Below are positions 1 through 7,123 of a stretch of 30,671 bases of DNA, piece after piece. The first letter of the stretch is position 1, and each line of letters starts with the position of its first letter. The translations under genes and the position numbers were made by a program. The stretch spans positions 748,509-779,179 of the forward strand of contig NZ_KK073768.1 in NCBI RefSeq assembly GCF_000582685.1. The letters are read 5' to 3'. The stretch comes from [Scytonema hofmanni] UTEX 2349. Its GTDB lineage: Bacteria; Cyanobacteriota; Cyanobacteriia; Cyanobacteriales; Nostocaceae. Below the pieces are notes generated by a model, which worked only from the letters and a program-made list of their open reading frames with translations, was not told the origin of the DNA and did not search any database.

Positions 1-1086
1 TCTGAGCCAGTACTGCAAGCGCTTGTGGAGTGTATGAAATATGATAATTCTAATGTGGGTCTTAGTGCCGCTCAGGCGGTGGTCAAGATTGGTAACGCTC
101 AGGCGTTGGGCAAGTTAGGTAATCCCTCAGAGTCGTTACTGCAAGCGCTTGTAGCGTGTATGAAATATGATAATTCTGATGTGCGTCTTAGTGCCGCTCA
201 GGCGGTGGTCAAGATTGGTAACGCTCAGGCGTTGGGCAAGTTAGGTAATCCCTCAGAGTCGTTACTGCAAGCGCTTGTAGCGTGTATGAAATATGATAAT
301 TCTGATGTGCGTCTTAGTGCCGCTCAGGCGGTGGTCAAGATTGGTAACGCTCAGGCGTTGGGCAAGTTAGGTAATCCCTCAGAGTCGTTACTGCAAGCGC
401 TTCTGGGGTGTCTGAAAGATGATAATTCTGATGTGCGTAGTAATGCCGCTTGGGCATTGGGAGAGTTAGATAACACCTCAGAATCGGTACTGCAAGGGCT
501 TCTGGGGTGTCTCAAAGATGATAATTCTGATGTGCGTCGTAGTGCCGCTTGGGCATTGGGAAAGTTAGGTAACACCTCAGAGTCGGTACTGCAAGGGCTT
601 CTGGGGTGTCTCAAAGATGATAATTCTGATGTGCGTCGTAGTGCCGCTTGGGCATTAGGCAACTTAGGTAACACCTCAGAGTCAGTACTGCAAGGGCTTC
701 TGGAGTGTCTCAAAGATGATAATTCTGATGTGCGTCGTAGTGCCGCTTGGGCATTAGGCAACTTAGGTAACACCTCAGAGTCAGTACTGCAAGGGCTTCT
801 GGAGTGTCTCAAAGATGATAATTCTGATGTGCGTAGTAATGCCACTTGGGCATTAGGCAACTTAGGTAACACCTCAGAGTCAGTACTGCAAGGGCTTGTG
901 GCGTGTCTGAAAGATGATAATTATTATGTGTATAGTAATGCCGCTTGGGCATTAGGCAACTTAGGTAACACCTCAAAGTCAGTACTGCAAGGGCTTCTGG
1001 AGTGTCTGAAAGATGATAATGAGGCTCTGGGTATTTGTGCGGCTAAGGCGGTGAAAAGATTGCTTAAACTGTCTGAGGACATTTAG
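1..1086 (+). CDS. HEAT-repeat protein (PBS-lyase HEAT-like repeats), 5' end outside the window
   Basis: Frame 1 is open from nt 1 (SEPVLQALVEC...) and stays in the repeat register, so the GTG at 25 in the ORF track is probably not the true start. There are three 42-aa units (MKYDNSDVRLSAAQAVVKIGNAQALGKLGNPSESLLQALVAC), then six 31-aa units (LKDDNSDVRRSAAWALGNLGNTSESVLQGLLEC) and a degenerate last unit. The D-x-N/D-x-x-VR-x-x-AA-x-ALG spacing is typical of HEAT-like repeats. Stop TAG at 1084-1086. Confidence 0.8.
   Translation, partial: SEPVLQALVECMKYDNSNVGLSAAQAVVKIGNAQALGKLGNPSESLLQALVACMKYDNSDVRLSAAQAVVKIGNAQALGKLGNPSESLLQALVACMKYDNSDVRLSAAQAVVKIGNAQALGKLGNPSESLLQALLGCLKDDNSDVRSNAAWALGELDNTSESVLQGLLGCLKDDNSDVRRSAAWALGKLGNTSESVLQGLLGCLKDDNSDVRRSAAWALGNLGNTSESVLQGLLECLKDDNSDVRRSAAWALGNLGNTSESVLQGLLECLKDDNSDVRSNATWALGNLGNTSESVLQGLVACLKDDNYYVYSNAAWALGNLGNTSKSVLQGLLECLKDDNEALGICAAKAVKRLLKLSEDI
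121..372 (+). repeat. Perfect 126-bp tandem duplication inside the HEAT-repeat CDS (121-246 = 247-372), with a slightly diverged third copy upstream
   Basis: Direct reading shows both copies run aatccctcagagtcgttactgcaagcgcttgtagcgtgtatgaaatatgataattctgatgtgcgtcttagtgccgctcaggcggtggtcaagattggtaacgctcaggcgttgggcaagttaggt. Confidence 0.9.
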
Positions 1087-1152
1087 TGATTAAATTAACC
1101 ACGTATTTGGCAAAGTAGATTTATTTATGTCTCATTTGTTTACAATTCTTCC

Positions 1153-4100
1153 CTAATTTTTCTCCTCCAAAACTAACGTAGAATCAGCCGATCGCCCAAA
1201 TTCTTCTGGTGCGTATTGCAGATATACTTTCGCACCAGGATAAATAAATGTGCCAGGTGTCACCGAACGCACTAAATAATGCAGGCTATAAACGCCTGGA
1301 TCTAAATGGTCGGCGTAGGCGATAATGCGATCGCGATAAATTGTTTTAAAGTTAACTTGCCAATTATCGGCTTTTGCTTTTAACGCAGATGTAGCAGTTT
1401 GAAAGCTTTCATCCACAGCTTCAAATCCCGCAGGTAGGGGATCGTTAATCACCACATGCTCCACAGGATGATCGGCAATCACCTCTAAACCGATATCAAA
1501 TACCTGTCCTGTTTCTATGGTCAACGGCTTATCTTTAGCATAAAGTCCAATTTTTTGCAAAACTTTTTCATCACCGACACGGCTAATTTCTCGCGATATG
1601 CGTAAACCGTTAAATCTCCCAGGTTGATTTCCTTGCAAGCGATAGCGATAAGCTAGTAGATAATGTAATTTTCCCGAACCTGATTTTTGCAGACTTAAAT
1701 CGTGACGTCCACGAGGTAAATTAGCGATCGCCACATTTAGCTGTAAACTAGAATTACGGTATCCTTGAAACCGACTTTCGCCGATTTTCTTACCGGCTAA
1801 TTTCACAGTCGCAGCAAAATTCGGTGGTGTAGGTTGCAGTTTCGCATATTCCACCAAAGCTGTCAGAGCTTGGGCATTGTTATAACTAGTTTGCCATGTC
1901 CCGTTGCGTCGCAGTGTTAAAAGACTTTGAAATAACTTATCTATGACTTCTGGTTTGGCTTTGGCAGCGATAAACAAACGTAAAGCTTGCGCTTGCGCTG
2001 TTGTCGGTGAATTCATCCATCCCCAACTGTCTGGTAAATTTATCACTGCATTGCGACCAGTTTCATATATATATTGTTGTAACTGCTGTAAAAGTTGTTT
2101 AGATTCATCTTGCCATTCAGGAAACTCAGATAGATATCGCGTCAATTTAATTTGCGTCACTAAATCAAAGTTGTTCCGTTGTTGGTAAATATCTGTCAAA
2201 AAGCTATTGCGTTTTTCGCCAAATTGTGCAATGGCAATTAAAGCGTTAAGTTGCATTTGGCTTTTGCAGGGTTGCTGTTTACAAAACTCAAATTGTCCGG
2301 GGTTGGCAAGGATTTTCGGCAAATATCCCTTGAGGCGTGGTATCATCCCTGCATCGACATTTGCTTTCGCCAAAGATTCAGCCACGTAGAGAGAAATCCA
2401 AGGATCTGACTTTTCTTGTCCCGGATAAGCTGCAAAACCACCATCGGCAAGTTGGAGTTTTTGCAATTGGGCGATCGCTTGGGTTGATTGTTTGGTAAAA
2501 TCAAACTCTGGGATTTGACCGTATTTCTCTGAGAGTGTTTGCAGATTAGCGGCAATTATCAACTTACTCGCAGCGGGTTCCGCAAAAGGTAAATCATCAT
2601 CTTCTATAACTTGTTTTGCAGGTGCTTTAATTTCCGGAATCAGAGTACTCGCTAATTGAATGTCTAAACCTCCCACTCCGGGTAAGACATTTTTATCGAC
2701 ATTCAAAGGAATTTTTACTTGATTGGCAGTAACACCAGTTTCAACAACTTCTTCTGTAATTTCCAGCGGTTTAATTTCCAAAGGAACTTCAAAAGCATCA
2801 GTGTTGCGATTAAGTTGAGTGGTAAAGCGGATTTGACTTTCACCAACACTGGAAGCGACGATGGGAAAGCGATAAGCAGAAGTAGCTGATTGAACTTGGG
2901 TTTGTAAAGAAACAGCTTTGGAATTTTTCCCTTCAAAGTTGATTTTACCGCTAACTGCACCATCAATTGCTAGAGTAGCAGATGAGTTCGTGTTGTTAGT
3001 TATGGATAAACCAGCGAGAATGCGATCGCCTGGACGCGCAAATTGTGGCAATATTGGATTAGTTAGCAGTGGCTTTGTGGTGATAAAGGTTGTTTCGCCG
3101 TTACCAAAACGGAGATTTCCATCAGTAGCTACAGCCATTATTCGCCATGTGGTCAAGTTATCTGGTAATTTAAATGTTATCTGTGCCTTACCATAAGCGT
3201 CTGTAACTATATTATTATAGTAAGCTAAAGCTTGAAAATCTCTGCGGATGCGGGTATTTGCTGTACCGGCTGAGAAACCACCACCATAACCCCAACCTTT
3301 CGGTTTCGCTACAGCGTTTTGTTCTACCACCACATTTTGACGATTATCGCTAAAGCGGGTAGATATTGATTGTTCAGCATAAACCGTATTTACCAAATCT
3401 GGGGGACGATAACCAGAAAGTTGTAACACTGCTTCATTCACCACCATGATGGTGAGTTGTCCTTTGGTGGGATTTCCTTGATTATCCTTCAATTCCAATT
3501 GTACCGTTTCTGAAGCACCAGGTTCCAAGGAAGTTTGCAAAGGTGTAACTTGCAGCTTTAAATATTTATCAGACAAATTCACTTTAAAAGTTGCAAAGCC
3601 AATTTTAGCTAAATTATTTAAACTTCCGGGTTCCAATTTATTCAGAGGAACACCTTGACGTACCAACACAGCTTCAACTGCTGCATTTGGTAGCATTTCC
3701 GGTGTAACTTTAAATTGGATTTGTGGTGCTCCGCCCTTAACTTTGGTAATCTGTTGATAGATTGGTTTATCTTTGACAACGGCAAAGTATAATTCTCCTT
3801 CTTTATAAGGAGATTGAATTAGAATTGTAGCAGTTTCACCGACTTTAAACTCTTTTTTATCAAGTTTGACTTCCAACTTATCTTTTTCACCTTCACTCCA
3901 TAGCACGGGATTTGCACCAGTTGCCCAAATTTGCAAATCTGTGGCAGTTAAATCATGTTTCGCATCGCTAAAATTAGCTCTAATTCTGTAAGAACCTGAT
4001 TCGGGTGGTGTTAAACTTACAGATTGAGGACTGTTACTGGATGTAACTTCTACTTTTCCCACAGTCTTATATTCAACTTGATTTTTCGCAGTTTTACTAC

Positions 4101-6843
4101 CTTCCACCACTTTAGTTAAACTGCTGTATTTCATCTGCTGCAATTCCAACCTAATGCGTTCACCTTCCAGCACTTTTCCTGTAAAGTCAGATACGACAAC
4201 TTGAATTGGAAAAGCTTTCCCAGCTTCAGCGACAAAGTTGCTTTTTAAACCGATGAGACGATTACTCGGCAAAGCTGTAAAAGTTTGAGAATTCGCTACA
4301 GATAAATTAGAAACGTCTGCAACTTCAACATCTACCCGATAAATCATCGGATAAGGTAAATCTTTTCCCACACTTACAATTTGACTACTTTTACCATTCG
4401 CATCTAGCTGGGTATCAGTTTGCAAAACATCGCTTGGTAAAGACGGAGATTCTTCCGGGAAAAACCATTGTCTACCAAAACTGAATTCTTCCCAACCCTT
4501 AGGAATAAAATTCGTTTGGCTTCTCGTCACAAAATATTTTGCCTTTCCTGCTTCCACAGGTGATCCGAATAGATAATTACTTGTGGTTTTCGCGTCAATC
4601 TTATCACCAATCAGAGCAAATTGCTTATCTAAAGCTAATTCAACTTTGAAATTTGGCGGTTTAAATTCAGCTACGCGAAATTCTCCAGAAATTTCGTGTC
4701 CGTTTTTCCCCTTCGCTTGAATCGTATAATAGCCTAATTTTTGATTACTCTTGATAGGCACTTCTACAGAAAACGTCCCAAACTCATTCGTTGTTTGCGT
4801 ACCTAAATCTGTCTTTTGTCCATCTGGATTTAGAATACTTAATTGGTAAACAGCTTTTTTATCCTGCTGAATCGTCCCATTTTGTAAATAATCAGCAAAG
4901 CCGGTAAAATAAGCTTTTTCATTTGGTTGATACAACTGCCTGTCAGAAAAAATTATTCCTCGTGATTCTGGTTTATCATTTTGCCAACCCGCATCAATCC
5001 CATAACCGTAACTACCGCTATATTCATCAGTGCGTGCAAATGCCCAATCTTGATTTTCACGCGCTACAACTAATAGTTCTGGTGATTTTTTCAAGCTTTG
5101 ACTTTGAGCATAACATGACTGCAAATCTGAACGATTCAGCTTTAAATTTCCATTTACATCAGTTTTTCCTGATGCACAACGTATCGGTTCCGGACGAGAT
5201 TTGGCATTCAATTTTGATTCATAAATTTCCACAGTAGCACCTTTTACAGGTGAACCATCGGCAAGATGATGAACCCGAATTAAACTCGATTCTGGAAACC
5301 ACTGGGAAAATACACCCAAATTCGTCAATTGAACTAACCCGTAACTCGTAAATTCTCTCCAAAGTTGTTTATTATTCTCTTGATATTGATTAGTGCGTCC
5401 TTGTACTCCATAAGCTAGCATTCCTGTGGCAGTACGCAACTTTTGTCGTAAAGGAATACTTACATCAACTGATTGATTCTTCTTCGTGGCTATTTTAAAG
5501 CTTTGCCATTCCGATGATTTAGGTAATAAATCATTCCCACTATTAAAATAAACTAAATCTGTTGCTTGAACTACTTTATAAGCAGCTTTGTATTTTGACT
5601 CTGGTAAATTGACTGTATTTATATTTAGCTGTAAATTCTTACCCGCAGGGAAAATATTTAACCCATCAGGAACCCAGATATCCCCCGCTAAATCTCCCGT
5701 ATAATAATTCACGGTAACTGATTTACCTAAAGTCTGTCCAAACTTATCTTTGAGATTTGCACCAATCGTGATTTTATAATGAGTTGCAGGTTTTAAAGCA
5801 TAAGGATTGATGCTGACAAGTTTATCTTGCTCGTTGACTTGGATAATTCGAGAAATATCTTGCGGTGCAGGATTAATTGTAATATTTTCAATAGCCGAAT
5901 CTGCTATGACGACGTTATTAAATTCTAGCTGTGGACTACCTTGAATAAATCTGCCATATGTACCACTTGCATCAGGTTGCCCGTAAAATTTAATTCCTTG
6001 AAATGTCAATGGGGAATAAGTTGTTAACTTACTGACAAACTCCTTCTCACTTAAGAGATTACCATCAGCCGGACGCACACCGGGAGAAAATTGCAAGCGA
6101 TAACGAGTTGCTTTCTCAAGATTTTGCTGCGGAATCAAATTATAAACCCAATTCCGTGCTGAAGGGTCAAATTTTTCCAGTGGTTCTTCATTCTCGGAAA
6201 CCTTTTCTTCCTTCGCTAAATCAACTTTGAAACGTATACCCTCCTTTTTCCCTTCCGGAATAAGTTGCAAATGCTTTTTCACTGAAGCTAAATTCAATTT
6301 TACATTTGAGGTAAATTGCAACTTCTCTTTTAAATCAATCGATTCAGCTTCAACCTTTTGAATAGGGTTAACACCTGGTAAATTACTTAAATTGATGAGT
6401 TCGGTGTTGAAAGTCCAAGCTAAATCTTGTTCAAGACGGTGTTTTTTTAAGTCTGCTAAACCAGCTTTGAGAGTAACTTTAAATCGCGTTGCTTTTGGCA
6501 GTGCTTTCTCAGCTTGAAATCCAACCATCCGTGGTGTCAAAAATCGAAAATGACCAGGTAAATTTGGCGTAAGTTCAAATTTTTGTAACAAACTTTCTTG
6601 TTCTGGGTTATCAAGACTTTCAAGAGGAATTAAAGCTTGTTTAAAGCGGATACGAATTTGCTGAAGAGGTTTCGCATCTCCGAGGGGACTAATTTGTTCA
6701 ATCCAATCTGGTAAATTTGGGGGAGTTAGTGCAGAAACTTCTGGAAGTTGTTCTTTACCTGGAGTGATACCAATTAAATTACACCCTGTTATTCCTAGTA
6801 CAAATGCTAGGATAAGCAAGGACTGAATTATTTTTATGAGCAT
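1153..6843 (-). CDS. Alpha-2-macroglobulin family lipoprotein (bacterial A2M, YfhM/ECAM-like), apparently without a thioester
   Basis: Single 1896-aa ORF. The N-terminal signal peptide has a lipobox (LILAFVLGITG-C). The size fits the long run of MG-type domains expected in bacterial A2M. A2M-domain signature NLTTWRIMAVATDGNLRFG is present. The TED-like region has LQLADGGFAAYPGQEKSDPWISLYVAESL. The gene is adjacent to pbpC, the classical partner. No C-x-E-Q motif occurs anywhere (only 5 Cys in total). Confidence 0.85.
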   Translation of the reverse strand: MLIKIIQSLLILAFVLGITGCNLIGITPGKEQLPEVSALTPPNLPDWIEQISPLGDAKPLQQIRIRFKQALIPLESLDNPEQESLLQKFELTPNLPGHFRFLTPRMVGFQAEKALPKATRFKVTLKAGLADLKKHRLEQDLAWTFNTELINLSNLPGVNPIQKVEAESIDLKEKLQFTSNVKLNLASVKKHLQLIPEGKKEGIRFKVDLAKEEKVSENEEPLEKFDPSARNWVYNLIPQQNLEKATRYRLQFSPGVRPADGNLLSEKEFVSKLTTYSPLTFQGIKFYGQPDASGTYGRFIQGSPQLEFNNVVIADSAIENITINPAPQDISRIIQVNEQDKLVSINPYALKPATHYKITIGANLKDKFGQTLGKSVTVNYYTGDLAGDIWVPDGLNIFPAGKNLQLNINTVNLPESKYKAAYKVVQATDLVYFNSGNDLLPKSSEWQSFKIATKKNQSVDVSIPLRQKLRTATGMLAYGVQGRTNQYQENNKQLWREFTSYGLVQLTNLGVFSQWFPESSLIRVHHLADGSPVKGATVEIYESKLNAKSRPEPIRCASGKTDVNGNLKLNRSDLQSCYAQSQSLKKSPELLVVARENQDWAFARTDEYSGSYGYGIDAGWQNDKPESRGIIFSDRQLYQPNEKAYFTGFADYLQNGTIQQDKKAVYQLSILNPDGQKTDLGTQTTNEFGTFSVEVPIKSNQKLGYYTIQAKGKNGHEISGEFRVAEFKPPNFKVELALDKQFALIGDKIDAKTTSNYLFGSPVEAGKAKYFVTRSQTNFIPKGWEEFSFGRQWFFPEESPSLPSDVLQTDTQLDANGKSSQIVSVGKDLPYPMIYRVDVEVADVSNLSVANSQTFTALPSNRLIGLKSNFVAEAGKAFPIQVVVSDFTGKVLEGERIRLELQQMKYSSLTKVVEGSKTAKNQVEYKTVGKVEVTSSNSPQSVSLTPPESGSYRIRANFSDAKHDLTATDLQIWATGANPVLWSEGEKDKLEVKLDKKEFKVGETATILIQSPYKEGELYFAVVKDKPIYQQITKVKGGAPQIQFKVTPEMLPNAAVEAVLVRQGVPLNKLEPGSLNNLAKIGFATFKVNLSDKYLKLQVTPLQTSLEPGASETVQLELKDNQGNPTKGQLTIMVVNEAVLQLSGYRPPDLVNTVYAEQSISTRFSDNRQNVVVEQNAVAKPKGWGYGGGFSAGTANTRIRRDFQALAYYNNIVTDAYGKAQITFKLPDNLTTWRIMAVATDGNLRFGNGETTFITTKPLLTNPILPQFARPGDRILAGLSITNNTNSSATLAIDGAVSGKINFEGKNSKAVSLQTQVQSATSAYRFPIVASSVGESQIRFTTQLNRNTDAFEVPLEIKPLEITEEVVETGVTANQVKIPLNVDKNVLPGVGGLDIQLASTLIPEIKAPAKQVIEDDDLPFAEPAASKLIIAANLQTLSEKYGQIPEFDFTKQSTQAIAQLQKLQLADGGFAAYPGQEKSDPWISLYVAESLAKANVDAGMIPRLKGYLPKILANPGQFEFCKQQPCKSQMQLNALIAIAQFGEKRNSFLTDIYQQRNNFDLVTQIKLTRYLSEFPEWQDESKQLLQQLQQYIYETGRNAVINLPDSWGWMNSPTTAQAQALRLFIAAKAKPEVIDKLFQSLLTLRRNGTWQTSYNNAQALTALVEYAKLQPTPPNFAATVKLAGKKIGESRFQGYRNSSLQLNVAIANLPRGRHDLSLQKSGSGKLHYLLAYRYRLQGNQPGRFNGLRISREISRVGDEKVLQKIGLYAKDKPLTIETGQVFDIGLEVIADHPVEHVVINDPLPAGFEAVDESFQTATSALKAKADNWQVNFKTIYRDRIIAYADHLDPGVYSLHYLVRSVTPGTFIYPGAKVYLQYAPEEFGRSADSTLVLEEKN

Positions 6844-6922
6844 CTAAAATAAACTAATGTGGCAATAGTATAACTGTTATAGCAATCCTAAATAAGAGCG
6901 TCAAAATTTATCTCTTTTCTTT

Positions 6923-7015
6923 CCTCTGCGTTCTCTCCGTTCTCTAACGAACCACCAAGACACGTTCGCGTAGCGTCTCCGATAGGAGAAGGAGAAGGAA
7001 TAAGAGTTGCAGAGG
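6923..7015. repeat. Long imperfect inverted repeat (hairpin element) in the A2M/pbpC divergent intergenic region
   Basis: The left arm cctctgcgttctctccgttctc pairs with the right arm gagaaggagaaggaataagagttgcagagg. An inner cgaac...gttcg hairpin and a gcgtagcgtctc core are present. The composition resembles other Nostoc-type dispersed repeats in this window (for example 9529-9571). Confidence 0.6.
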
Positions 7016-7123
7016 GTTTTTGCGTAAGTCATAAAATAGTAATTATGACAAAAATGGTATGGATTCTCTAAACAACTAATTGAATCTGATTGTTTCCGAA
7101 AAACATTACAAATCTTAATTTAG

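Noticed and set aside
351-872. 173-aa ORF on the minus strand inside the HEAT-repeat gene
   Set aside because: It is an antisense reading of a perfectly periodic repeat, so it stays open by periodicity alone. The product is a low-complexity repeat, there is no RBS, and the sense strand gives a clean HEAT signature.
1943-5237. Several 60-104-aa ORFs on either strand inside the A2M gene (1943-2188, 2207-2389, 2343-2555, 2715-2966, 2918-3196, 4923-5237)
   Set aside because: They are fully embedded in a 5.7-kb ORF with strong family signatures. No start context or recognisable motifs.
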